From Aquabacterium sp. (GTDB lineage Bacteria; Pseudomonadota; Gammaproteobacteria; Burkholderiales; Burkholderiaceae_C), in NCBI RefSeq assembly GCF_034003525.1, contig NZ_JAVEYN010000014.1:24838-88837 (forward strand): a DNA stretch of 64,000 bases. The letters are read 5' to 3'. This document shows positions 51,031-59,854 of the stretch, in pieces. The position numbers were made by a program, and so were the translations under genes. Under the pieces are notes generated by a model. It saw nothing but the letters and a program-made list of their open reading frames with translations. It had not been told where the DNA came from and did no database searches. Each line of letters starts with the position of its first letter. The first letter of the stretch is position 1.

Positions 51031-51045
51031 GCAACGTGCGTGCCA
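51031..51045 (-). promoter_or_regulatory. sigma-54 (-24/-12) promoter of prpB-prpC-acnD-prpF
   Basis: The minus strand reads TGGCAC-GCACG-TTGC, an exact consensus. It lies about 48 nt upstream of the prpB ATG at 50983. Confidence 0.85.
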
Positions 51046-51152
51046 GCCCGGGTACTGCGTGTTCAGGATGCCAGAGATGGGTTGTAAGTCATTGATTTGA
51101 CGAGGGGCAGGCTGGTTTCCACCCATGCGCAGCGCCCGTGACCTGTGCCTAT

Positions 51153-51191
51153 GTTTCGCATTTGAAATGGTGTTTCATTCAATCGTGAAAC
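51153..51191. promoter_or_regulatory. candidate PrpR enhancer: GTTTC-type inverted repeats
   Basis: GTTTCA-N8-TGAAAC is at 51172..51191, preceded by GTTTCGCATTTGAAAT at 51153..51168. These lie about 110-150 bp upstream of the sigma-54 promoter and just upstream of the prpR start. Confidence 0.5.
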
Positions 51192-51200
51192 GCGTGCACA

Positions 51201-53183
51201 ATGCCAAGCATGCTGTCCGACGCCTTGCCCCGCCTTCCTTCTGCGCCCACTCCGCCACGCATTGTGGCCGTCGGCTTTCGCCGCATCAACAAGATGTTGC
51301 AGGCCCTGGCGCCCGAGTTCGCCGACCGCGCCGCCGTCGAGGTGCTGGACGTCGGCTTTGAAGAGGCCGTCGCCCGCGTGCGGGCGCTGCAAGCCCAGCG
51401 GCCGGTGGACGTGGTGGTGGCCGCCGGCTCAAATGGCGGCTACCTGCGTCAGCACCTGGATTTGCCCGTCGTGGTGGTCAAGGTGGGGGGCTTCGATTTG
51501 ATGCAGGCGCTCGCGCGGGCCAAGCGCCAGTCGTCGCGCATCGGCTTGGTCACCTATGTGGGCGTGGCCCCCGACATCCATCAGTTCGACGACCTGTTCG
51601 GCCTGGGCGTGCACCAGCGCAGCTACCGCACCGAAGACGAGGCCCAGGAAGCGGTGCGCGAACTGCAGCAAGAAGGCGTGGACGTCATCGTCGGCTCCGG
51701 TCTGTCGGCGGACATGGCTGACCAACTCGGCCTCACCGGCATCTTTTTGTACTCGATGGATGCCGTGCGCGAGGCGCTCGAAGACGCGGTCGAGGTGGCA
51801 CGCGCCTCTCGGATCGAGTTGACCAAGCGCGAGCGCCTCAACACCATCCTGGCCCAACTGAGCGATGGCGTGATCGCGGTCGATGCCCAGGAGCGCATCC
51901 AGACCCTCAATCCGACGATGGCCCAGTGGCTGGGCATCAGCCCCACGCAATGGCTGGGCCTCAAGCTCAGCGAGGTCTGCCCCGAGCTCAGCCTGCAGGC
52001 CACCTTGCGCCTCGGGACCCAGGATCTGGAGAAGATCGAGCGCGTCAAAGGCAAGGCCCTCATCGTCAACCGCATTCCGCTGGTCGAGCAGGGTGTGTTG
52101 ACCGGCGCGGTGCTCAGTGGTCAGGATCCCATCTCCATCCAGCGGGTCGACCGCCACATCCGCACCCGCATCCAGCCCAACACGGTTCCGGCCCGCTACG
52201 AGCTGCAGCAGCTGCTGGGCCACAGCGCCGCCTTGCAGCGTGTGCAGCGCATGGCCGTCAGCTGCGCCCGCAGCCAGGCCACCGTCTTGATCCTGGGTGA
52301 AAGCGGTACCGGTAAAGAGCTGGTGGCCCAAGGCATCCACATGGCCAGCGATCGGCGCGAGCTGCCTTTCGTGGCCGTCAACTGCGCGGCCGTGTCCGAA
52401 ACCTTGCTGGAGAGCGAGCTGTTCGGCTACGAGGAGGGGGCTTTCACCGGCGCCCGCCGGGGGGGCAAGATCGGCCTGTTCGAGGCGGCCCACAAAGGCA
52501 CCATCTTCCTCGACGAGGTCGGCGAGATGCCGCTGTCCCTGCAGTCCCGCCTGCTGCGAGTGCTGCAAGAGCGCGAGGTGCTGCGCGTCGGCGCCACCGA
52601 GCCCACGCCCGTCAACGTCCGTGTGATCGCGGCCACGCACCGCAATCTGCTGCGCCACGTCGAAGAGGGCAGCTTCCGTCAAGACCTGTTCTACCGCCTC
52701 AACATCCTGCGCATCGACATGCCGCCTTTGCGCGACCGGCTCGACGACCTGCCCGAACTCGTGCACGCCTTGCATCGCAAGGTCTGCACCCGCCTCGACC
52801 TCGAGCCCGCGCGCACCGAAGCCATCGTTGCCGCACTGATCGCCCAGGCACCGTCCTACCACTGGCCCGGTAACGTGCGCGAACTCGAAAACCTCGTCGA
52901 GCGCCTGGTGGCCTACGCCGACCCGCAGGCCGACGACGCTCTGTCTGCCGAAGCCGTCCGCGACTTCGTGTGCACCGTGGCGCCCGAGCTGTTCAGTGTT
53001 GGCGCCGACAGGGCCCCTTCCGATTCAGCCGAAGATCCATCCTCGCTCAAGGCGCACCAGGCCCAGCGTGAGCGTGCCGAAATCCAGCGCGTCCTCGACG
53101 AATGCGGCGGCGACCGCACCCTGGCCAGCCAGCGCCTGGGCATCAGCCGCACGACGCTGTGGCGCAAGCTCAACCCTGCGTGA
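51201..53183 (+). CDS. prpR: propionate catabolism operon sigma-54-dependent activator
   Basis: It has a PrpR-type N-terminal domain (RIVAVGFRR...[13 protein letters not shown]), a PAS-like segment, an AAA+ core ([15 protein letters not shown]) and a C-terminal HTH ([15 protein letters not shown]). It is divergent from prpB. Confidence 0.93.
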   Translation: MPSMLSDALPRLPSAPTPPRIVAVGFRRINKMLQALAPEFADRAAVEVLDVGFEEAVARVRALQAQRPVDVVVAAGSNGGYLRQHLDLPVVVVKVGGFDLMQALARAKRQSSRIGLVTYVGVAPDIHQFDDLFGLGVHQRSYRTEDEAQEAVRELQQEGVDVIVGSGLSADMADQLGLTGIFLYSMDAVREALEDAVEVARASRIELTKRERLNTILAQLSDGVIAVDAQERIQTLNPTMAQWLGISPTQWLGLKLSEVCPELSLQATLRLGTQDLEKIERVKGKALIVNRIPLVEQGVLTGAVLSGQDPISIQRVDRHIRTRIQPNTVPARYELQQLLGHSAALQRVQRMAVSCARSQATVLILGESGTGKELVAQGIHMASDRRELPFVAVNCAAVSETLLESELFGYEEGAFTGARRGGKIGLFEAAHKGTIFLDEVGEMPLSLQSRLLRVLQEREVLRVGATEPTPVNVRVIAATHRNLLRHVEEGSFRQDLFYRLNILRIDMPPLRDRLDDLPELVHALHRKVCTRLDLEPARTEAIVAALIAQAPSYHWPGNVRELENLVERLVAYADPQADDALSAEAVRDFVCTVAPELFSVGADRAPSDSAEDPSSLKAHQAQRERAEIQRVLDECGGDRTLASQRLGISRTTLWRKLNPA

Positions 53184-53253
53184 AACGGGCGTCGCTGTCA
53201 CAATCCGTGCTGGCCTGCCTTCGGCCTGTTCCCGCTCTGCCCGTCGCCGTTTC

Positions 53254-55167
53254 ATGTCCCCCACTTCACCCATGCGCGTCCTCTCCCTGATCCCCCCGAT
53301 GACGCAGCTCAACACGCCGTACCCCTCGACGGCGTACCTGACGGGCTTTCTGCGCTCGCGCGGCGTGGACGCGGTGCAGGAGGATCTGGCCCTGGCGCTC
53401 GTGCTGAAGCTGCTCTCGCGCGAAGGCTTGCAGGCCGTCCACACGCAGGCCCTGAAGATGCCCGAGGCCCAACGCACGGCGCCCGTCAACCATTTCCTCG
53501 ACCACATCGAGGCCTACCTTCACACCATCGACGCCACCATCGCCTTCCTGCAAGGGCGCGATGCCACGCTGGCGCACCGCATCTGCACGCGCCACTACCT
53601 GCCTGAAGGCCCGCGCTTCCGCACCCTGGATGCCTACGCCGACGACGGCAGCGGTGACCCCCTGGCCTGGGCCTTCGGCGCTCTGGGCATGGCCGACCGT
53701 GCCAAACACCTCGCCACGCTCTACCTCAACGACCTGGCCGACGTGCTGCGCGATGCCGTTGACGGCCGCTTCGAGTTCGTGCGCTACGCCGAGTCCCTGG
53801 CCCAAAGCCAGCCCACCTTCGAGCCGTTGGCGCAGGCCCTCGTCACGCCGCTCAACCTCGTCGACACCACGCTGCGCGAACTGACCTTACAGGCCATCAC
53901 CCGCCATCAACCCCAGCTCGTGCTGATCTCCGTGCCGTTCCCCGGTGCGGTCTATGCCGCCTTCCGCATGGCGCAGGCCATCAAGCAGGCACACCCTCAC
54001 ATCCGCCTCGCCTTGGGCGGCGGCTTCGTCAACACCGAGCTGCGTGAACTCACCGAGTCCCGGGTCTTCGACCACTTCGACTTCGTCACCCTGGACGCGG
54101 GCGAGCGCCCCTTGCTGGCCCTGCTCGAACACCTCGAAGGCAGGCGCTCTGCGCAGCGCCTCGTGCGCACCTTTGTGCGCGAGGCCGACACCGGCCAGGT
54201 CCGTTACATGAACTGGGCCGAGCCCGACGTGCCCTTTGCCGAAGTGGGCACGCCCACCTGGGACGGTCTGCCACTCGACCGCTACCTGTCCCTGCTGGAC
54301 ATGCTCAACCCCATGAACCGGCTCTGGTCAGACGGGCGTTGGAACAAGCTCACCGTCGCCCATGGCTGCTACTGGAAGAAGTGCAGCTTCTGCGACGTCA
54401 GCCTCGACTACATCTCCCGCTACGAAGCTGCCAGCGCCGAGGTCCTGGTCGACCGCATCGAGGCCATCGTGCGCGAAACCGGCCAGACCGGCTTTCACTT
54501 CGTCGACGAAGCCGCGCCGCCCAAGGTCTTGCGCGCCCTGGCGCAGGAGCTGATCCGCCGCAAGGTTTCCATCTCCTGGTGGGGCAACGTCCGCTTCGAA
54601 AAATCCTTCACGCCCGAGCTGTGCCTGCTGCTCGCCGACAGCGGCTGCATCGCCATCTCCGGCGGCCTGGAAGTCGCCTCCGACCGCCTGCTCAAGCTGA
54701 TGAAAAAGGGCGTCTCTGTCGATCAGGTCGCCCGCGTCACCCGCGCCTTCACCGACGCAGGCATCCTGGTGCACGCCTACCTGATGTACGGCTTCCCCAC
54801 GCAAACCGTGCAGGACACCGTCGATGCGCTCGAATACGTGCGCCAGCTGTTCGCCGAAGGCTGCATCCAGTCCGGCTTCTTCCACCGCTTCGCCTGCACC
54901 GTCCACTCCCCCGTGGGGCAAGACCCGCAGGCCTACGGCGTCGAACTCATCCCCTTGCCACCGGTCAGCTTTGCCAAGAACGACATCGGCTTCATCGACC
55001 CCACCGGCGTGAACCACGACGTGCTCGGTCAGGCCCTCAAGAAGGCCATCTACAACTACATGCACGGCATTGGCTTGGACGAAGACGTGCGCGCCTGGTT
55101 CAAGGGCAAGGTGCCGCGCCCCACCGTGTCGCGCCGCTTCATCGAGCGTGCTTTGGCTGACCTGTGA
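53254..55167 (+). CDS. radical SAM protein with B12-binding-like N-terminal domain
   Basis: The N-terminus MRVLSLIPPMTQLNTPYPSTAYLTGFLRSRG and the later LVLISVPFPG...IRLALGGGF resemble the Rossmann-like B12-binding domain of class B radical SAM enzymes. The cluster motif is HGCYWKKCSFCD at 54367..54393. The start is ATG 53254 or 53272. Confidence 0.8.
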   Translation: MSPTSPMRVLSLIPPMTQLNTPYPSTAYLTGFLRSRGVDAVQEDLALALVLKLLSREGLQAVHTQALKMPEAQRTAPVNHFLDHIEAYLHTIDATIAFLQGRDATLAHRICTRHYLPEGPRFRTLDAYADDGSGDPLAWAFGALGMADRAKHLATLYLNDLADVLRDAVDGRFEFVRYAESLAQSQPTFEPLAQALVTPLNLVDTTLRELTLQAITRHQPQLVLISVPFPGAVYAAFRMAQAIKQAHPHIRLALGGGFVNTELRELTESRVFDHFDFVTLDAGERPLLALLEHLEGRRSAQRLVRTFVREADTGQVRYMNWAEPDVPFAEVGTPTWDGLPLDRYLSLLDMLNPMNRLWSDGRWNKLTVAHGCYWKKCSFCDVSLDYISRYEAASAEVLVDRIEAIVRETGQTGFHFVDEAAPPKVLRALAQELIRRKVSISWWGNVRFEKSFTPELCLLLADSGCIAISGGLEVASDRLLKLMKKGVSVDQVARVTRAFTDAGILVHAYLMYGFPTQTVQDTVDALEYVRQLFAEGCIQSGFFHRFACTVHSPVGQDPQAYGVELIPLPPVSFAKNDIGFIDPTGVNHDVLGQALKKAIYNYMHGIGLDEDVRAWFKGKVPRPTVSRRFIERALADL

Positions 55168-55211
55168 CGCGCCGGTATCGGTCCACGCCTCGGCGTGACT
55201 GAAGCGAGGCC

Positions 55212-55679
55212 TCAGCAGGCGTAGGATTCAAAGAAGCGGCTGTTGGCCTCGGCCTCAATCGCCAAACCTTGGCCTTGCCACACCCACTCGGGCCCAGCCC
55301 GAAACCGCAGGCTCAGCGTCATCGGTCCGTTCACGTTGCAAGGCAAGGGCAGGGCGCGCCACACTTGGTCCGCGTGTCGCACCTCGCCCCCCGACAGGGT
55401 GCCCATCGCATCCTCCAGAGCTGCATCCGGGCTCCAAGCCAAGGCATCGGCATCGGTGGCGCGCACCACGCCACGCAAGCGCAAGGTCAAGCCCGTCAGG
55501 TGCCCCCAGACGCTGTCGCGCCCAGCCCCGGTTGCCCCCGAGCTGTTCTCCGGATCACGTCGCACGCAGGCCGCCGCAAACGCCACGCAGACGGTGTCGC
55601 CTTCCAGGCCGTCGCCCGATTCCCGACGCACCGCTCGCACCTCTGAGCCGTCCAGCAGCAGGGTGTCCACGTGTCTCAA
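55212..55679 (-). CDS. hypothetical protein (155 aa), translationally coupled to the CitE-like lyase
   Basis: The ATG overlaps the upstream stop (ATGA at 55676..55679). Codons are GC3-rich. There is no TM segment or signal peptide, and I recognise no family. Confidence 0.55.
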   Translation of the reverse strand: MRHVDTLLLDGSEVRAVRRESGDGLEGDTVCVAFAAACVRRDPENSSGATGAGRDSVWGHLTGLTLRLRGVVRATDADALAWSPDAALEDAMGTLSGGEVRHADQVWRALPLPCNVNGPMTLSLRFRAGPEWVWQGQGLAIEAEANSRFFESYAC

Positions 55680-56701
55680 GCGCCGTTGGCAAAGAACGCT
55701 GCTTCGGTGTCGGCTGGCAGCGGCTGCCCCGTCAACCAGGCGCGCTCCAGCACATGCCAGTAATGGCGGTAGCTGGCGCGGTCATGCAGCACCCCGTGGT
55801 ACGAGGTCGGCGCCCAATGCGCCGCCTGGGCCGCCGTCAAAATCTCCACCGCATCGTCCACCTCGGCGGCCACCGGCGCAAACGCCTCGATGATCACCGG
55901 GATCTGGTCGGGGTGAATGCTCCACATGCGGGTGTAGCCCAACTCGCGGCAGGCGCGCTCGGCCGCCTTGCCCAGCGCCCGCTTGTCCTTGAACTCTGTC
56001 ACCACGCAATGCGAGGGCGTGATGCGCGCCGCATGGCAGGCCGCTGCAATCTTCAGCTTGGCCTGCATCACCAGCGGATGGCTGAACTGCCCGGTCACGC
56101 TCATGCCCGTCGCCGGAATCGCACCGCGATGCTCCGAGACAAAATCCATCAACCCGAACGAGAGCGACTCCAGGCTGGGCAGGGCGGCGACCTCGTCCAC
56201 CTGCTGCACCGCTTTCAGCGTCTCGATCAGGCCGTGCACAGGCACCACCCGTTCCACGCCATGTCGCACCCGCGCTGCCTTGATGGTGTCAATCGCGCGC
56301 TGCGTATCGGCCACATCGCGGAGCTTGGGCACCATGATGTAGGCCAGACGCTGGCCCGCCATCTTGATCAGGGTGTCCACATCGTCTTCAAAGCGGCGGT
56401 GACGCGGGTCATGCACCCGCACACCCACGCGGTCGCACACGTTCTGCGGGCTGTCGATCAACTCCGCCACCAGCAGCGCCTGTTCGTGCTCGCCGCCCAC
56501 GGGGGCACCATCTTCCAGGTCCAGTGTCACATCGAACACCGCCCGGCCGTTGCCCGCTTCCGCCATCTCGGCCTGCAGCATCAGGCTCTTGCGCATGCGC
56601 ACTTCCACGCCGGAGTAATGGTCGCAAACAGGCAGTGTGGGGGGCAGGGGCTCGCTGCCGAACAGCGCCTGACGGGGGTGAATGGTGCTCAGGGTGGACA
56701 T
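55676..56701 (-). CDS. HpcH/HpaI aldolase / citrate lyase beta (CitE)-like acyl-CoA lyase family protein
   Basis: 341 aa starting MSTLSTIHPRQALF. The blocks FDVTLDLEDGAP, IMVPKL and SFGLMDF are typical of CitE/malyl-CoA-lyase-like TIM barrels. The start was trimmed from the track ORF. Confidence 0.8.
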   Translation of the reverse strand: MSTLSTIHPRQALFGSEPLPPTLPVCDHYSGVEVRMRKSLMLQAEMAEAGNGRAVFDVTLDLEDGAPVGGEHEQALLVAELIDSPQNVCDRVGVRVHDPRHRRFEDDVDTLIKMAGQRLAYIMVPKLRDVADTQRAIDTIKAARVRHGVERVVPVHGLIETLKAVQQVDEVAALPSLESLSFGLMDFVSEHRGAIPATGMSVTGQFSHPLVMQAKLKIAAACHAARITPSHCVVTEFKDKRALGKAAERACRELGYTRMWSIHPDQIPVIIEAFAPVAAEVDDAVEILTAAQAAHWAPTSYHGVLHDRASYRHYWHVLERAWLTGQPLPADTEAAFFANGA

Positions 56702-56751
56702 GGTGTGTTCCTTGCGGGCGCCGCCTCGCCCCGGATCAGGACGCACGGCAC

Positions 56752-56784
56752 AAAAAAAGCTGGCCGACCCGAAGGCCGCCAGCT
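56752..56784 (-). terminator. rho-independent terminator after mdh (UUCG tetraloop)
   Basis: The minus strand reads GCTGGCGGCC-TTCG-GGTCGGCCAGC (one bulge) followed by TTTTTTTG. Confidence 0.8.
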
Positions 56785-56848
56785 TTGATTGTGATCTACC
56801 TTGCACCATCCGGCACAGGCCGGATGACCAAGGTCTCACACAGGCTGA

Positions 56849-57838
56849 TTACAGCAGGTGCTTGACGCCGTCTTGCTCGCCTTGCAGCTCAGCCAGGGTC
56901 TTGTTGATGCACTCTTGCGAGAAAGCGTCGATTTCCAGACCTTCGACGATCTTGTACTCGCCGTCAGGCGTGGTCGTGACGGGGAAGCCGAACACGATGC
57001 CTTCAGGGATGCCGTACTGACCTTGCGAGGGCACACCCATGGTCACCCATTCGCCGTTCGAGCCCAGGGCCCAGTCGCGCATGTGGTCGATGGCGGCGTT
57101 GGCAGCCGAAGCAGCCGACGACAGACCGCGAGCGGCGATGATGGCAGCGCCACGCTTGCCGACGGTGGGCAGGAACACGTTGGCGTTCCAGTCCTGGTCG
57201 TTGATGGTTTCCTTGACCGACTTGCCGTTCACGGTGGCGAAGCGGTAGTCAGCGTACATGGTGGGCGAGTGGTTGCCCCACACCGTCAGCTTGCGGATGT
57301 CGCCGACCTTGAAGCCAGCCTTGGCGGCCAGTTGCGAAGCAGCGCGGTTGTGGTCCAGGCGCAGCATGGCGGTGAAGTTCTTGGCCGGCAGGTCCGGAGC
57401 CGACTTCATGGCGATGTAAGCGTTGGTGTTGGCGGGGTTGCCGACCACCAGAACCTTGACGTTGCGCGAAGCCACGGCGTTCAGAGCCTTGCCCTGAGCC
57501 GTGAAGATCTGGGCGTTGGCAGCCAGCAGGTCAGCGCGCTCCATGCCGGGGCCGCGAGGACGTGCACCCACCAGCAGAGCGTAGTCGGTGTCCTTGAAAG
57601 CGGTCATCGGATCGGAGTGAGCCTCGATACCGGCCAGCAGCGGGAAAGCGCAGTCTTCCAGCTCCATGATCACGCCCTTCAGCGCGTTCTGGGCCTTTTC
57701 GTCGGGGATTTCCAGCAGTTGCAGGATCACGGGCTGGTCCTTGCCCAGCATTTCGCCAGAGGCGATGCGGAACAGGAGGGCGTAACCAATTTGGCCAGCG
57801 GCGCCGGTGACGGCGACGCGAACGGGTGCTTTGCTCAT
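56849..57838 (-). CDS. mdh: malate dehydrogenase
   Basis: 329 aa starting [26 protein letters not shown] (LDH-like MDH family). Confidence 0.96.
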   Translation of the reverse strand: MSKAPVRVAVTGAAGQIGYALLFRIASGEMLGKDQPVILQLLEIPDEKAQNALKGVIMELEDCAFPLLAGIEAHSDPMTAFKDTDYALLVGARPRGPGMERADLLAANAQIFTAQGKALNAVASRNVKVLVVGNPANTNAYIAMKSAPDLPAKNFTAMLRLDHNRAASQLAAKAGFKVGDIRKLTVWGNHSPTMYADYRFATVNGKSVKETINDQDWNANVFLPTVGKRGAAIIAARGLSSAASAANAAIDHMRDWALGSNGEWVTMGVPSQGQYGIPEGIVFGFPVTTTPDGEYKIVEGLEIDAFSQECINKTLAELQGEQDGVKHLL

Positions 57839-57937
57839 ATGCAACTCCGAAAGAGTGAGGGCGGTTTAATGGAAAACCCACAAGTGTAGCGTCGCGCAGC
57901 CGTGTGTGCACAGATCACCGCGCATTGCCCATGGTCT

Positions 57938-57957
57938 GATATCTTATATAAGATGTC
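57938..57957. promoter_or_regulatory. AT-rich palindromic candidate operator in the mdh / GntR-sdh divergent region
   Basis: There is a perfect 14-bp palindrome, ATCTTATATAAGAT (57941..57954). It sits inside a 20-bp near-palindrome, GATATCTTATATAAGATGTC. This is the most AT-rich patch of the intergenic region. Confidence 0.5.
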
Positions 57958-58107
57958 TTCTAACGTACTTGTGGACTTTGGCTGGCAGTTGTGGTGCAAT
58001 GGCGCCCGGTCAGCGTTCATCCATGCTGGCCGACACCAACCAACGATCATACCCCGATCGACAACCGAGACCTTGATGCTGTGGTGACCCCTCCGCCTTC
58101 CGCTTCA

Positions 58108-58875
58108 ATGCCCGACGCCCAGGCGTCGACGGGCGTGGGCACAGGTGCAGCCGGCCCGTCCTTCAGCCCGCTGTATCAGCAAATCAAGGCCCTCATCCTG
58201 CGCAGCCTGCAAGCGGGTGAATGGCGCCCCGGTGAGGCCATCCCGAGCGAGCTCGAACTGGCTGCCCGCTTCAAGGTCAGCCAGGGCACGGTGCGCAAGG
58301 CGGTTGACGAACTCGCGGCTGAAAACCTGCTCATGCGCCGGCAGGGCAAGGGCACCTTTGTGGCCACCCACGCCGAGGAGCAGGTGCAGTTTCGCTTCCT
58401 GCGCCTGGCACCCGACCATCCCGCTCAGTCCGCCGACGCCTCCCGTCGTGAATTCCTCGACTGCCGTCGCCTGCGTGCGCCGGCCGATGTGGCGCGCGCG
58501 CTGCAACTCAAGTCGGGCGACATGGTGGTCGAGGTGCGCCGCGTGCTGCATTTCGCCGGCCAGCCTGTGGTGCTCGACGACATTTGGCTGCCCGGACATC
58601 TTTTCAAGGGTCTGACGGCCGACCGCCTGAGTCAATACCAGGGTCCGATGTATGGCCTTTTCGAATCCGAGTTCGGCGTGCGCATGATCCGCGCTGAAGA
58701 GAAAATCCGTGCGGTGCTGGCCGATGCGTCGGTGGCGGGCGTGTTGCAGGTGGAAGCTGGCAGCCCCTTGCTCAGTGTCGAGCGCCTCTCCTTCACCTAT
58801 GGCGACCAGCCCGTCGAACTGCGCCGCGGCCTCTACCGCACCGATCGTCACTACTACCGAAACGAGCTGAGTTGA
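58108..58875 (+). CDS. GntR-family (HutC/UTRA subfamily) transcriptional regulator
   Basis: It has a wHTH (LPSELELAARFKVSQGTVRKAVDELA) followed by a UTRA-like C-terminal domain. The start is uncertain; ATG 58108 was chosen. Confidence 0.8.
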   Translation: MPDAQASTGVGTGAAGPSFSPLYQQIKALILRSLQAGEWRPGEAIPSELELAARFKVSQGTVRKAVDELAAENLLMRRQGKGTFVATHAEEQVQFRFLRLAPDHPAQSADASRREFLDCRRLRAPADVARALQLKSGDMVVEVRRVLHFAGQPVVLDDIWLPGHLFKGLTADRLSQYQGPMYGLFESEFGVRMIRAEEKIRAVLADASVAGVLQVEAGSPLLSVERLSFTYGDQPVELRRGLYRTDRHYYRNELS

Positions 58876-59019
58876 CAGGCAGTTCGTGCACTCATTTTGC
58901 GTCTTGTCATGTGCTTGTCTCAGGCTCGCAGATGACAGCGTGAAACCGTCGGGCTGGGGATTGCCCTAAAATCCTTTCTTCTTGACAGATCTTTGACGCT
59001 CGGCAGGAGCTCTAACAAC

Positions 59020-59457
59020 ATGGCTGACAACGCGAAAACCCCACGCCCCGTCTACCGGAACATCCACGTGACGGACATCGTCACCTACCGCATGCCGTTG
59101 GCAGCGATCGTTTCGATCCTGCACCGGATCAGCGGTGCCCTGATGTTCCTCTTGATGCCCTTCATCATCTGGATGTTCGACGCGAGCGTCACGTCGGAAA
59201 TCTCGTATGAGTCGTTTACCTCGGTGTTCACCGTGGGTTGCGCCGATGGCGCCATCCCGGGCTGGTTCTTCAAGCTTGTCGCGCTGGGCCTGATCTGGGC
59301 CTACCTGCACCACTTCTGCGCTGGCATCCGCCACCTGGTGATGGAGGTCTCGCACTCCTACTCCAAGCAAGCAGGCAAGTCCACTGCGGTCACCACCCTC
59401 GTCATCAGCGTGGGTCTGACCGTCGTGTTGGGCGCCAAGCTCTTCGGCCTGTTCTGA
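59020..59457 (+). CDS. sdhC: succinate dehydrogenase cytochrome b556 subunit
   Basis: 145 aa with three TM helices and a heme-ligand context (SILHRISG). It is the first gene of sdhCDAB. Confidence 0.9.
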   Translation: MADNAKTPRPVYRNIHVTDIVTYRMPLAAIVSILHRISGALMFLLMPFIIWMFDASVTSEISYESFTSVFTVGCADGAIPGWFFKLVALGLIWAYLHHFCAGIRHLVMEVSHSYSKQAGKSTAVTTLVISVGLTVVLGAKLFGLF

Positions 59458-59488
59458 TCCCCACGTCTTGACTGCAGGAAACAACAAC

Positions 59489-59851
59489 ATGTCTCAAAAC
59501 TACGGAACCAAGCGCATCGTGACCGGTGCGCACTACGGTCTGCGCGACTGGCTGGCGCAGCGTGTCACCGCCGTGCTGATGGCCCTGTTCACCATCGTGC
59601 TGCTGGCCCAGGTCATTTTTGGCGGTCCTCTGGGCTATGACAGCTGGTCGGGCATCTTCTCGTCGCAGTGGATGAAGGTCCTGACCTTCGTGGTCATTCT
59701 GGCCATGCTCTACCACGTGTGGGTGGGCGTGCGCGAAATCTTCATGGACTACATCAAGCCGGTCAGCATTCGCCTGAGCCTGTATGTGTTCGCCATCGTT
59801 TGGCTCGTTGGTTGTGCCGGTTGGGCCATCCAAGTGCTGTGGAGACTGTAA
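59489..59851 (+). CDS. sdhD: succinate dehydrogenase hydrophobic membrane anchor subunit
   Basis: 120 aa with three TM helices (...RVTAVLMALFTIVLL..., HVWVGVREI). Confidence 0.9.
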   Translation: MSQNYGTKRIVTGAHYGLRDWLAQRVTAVLMALFTIVLLAQVIFGGPLGYDSWSGIFSSQWMKVLTFVVILAMLYHVWVGVREIFMDYIKPVSIRLSLYVFAIVWLVGCAGWAIQVLWRL

Positions 59852-59854
59852 AAA

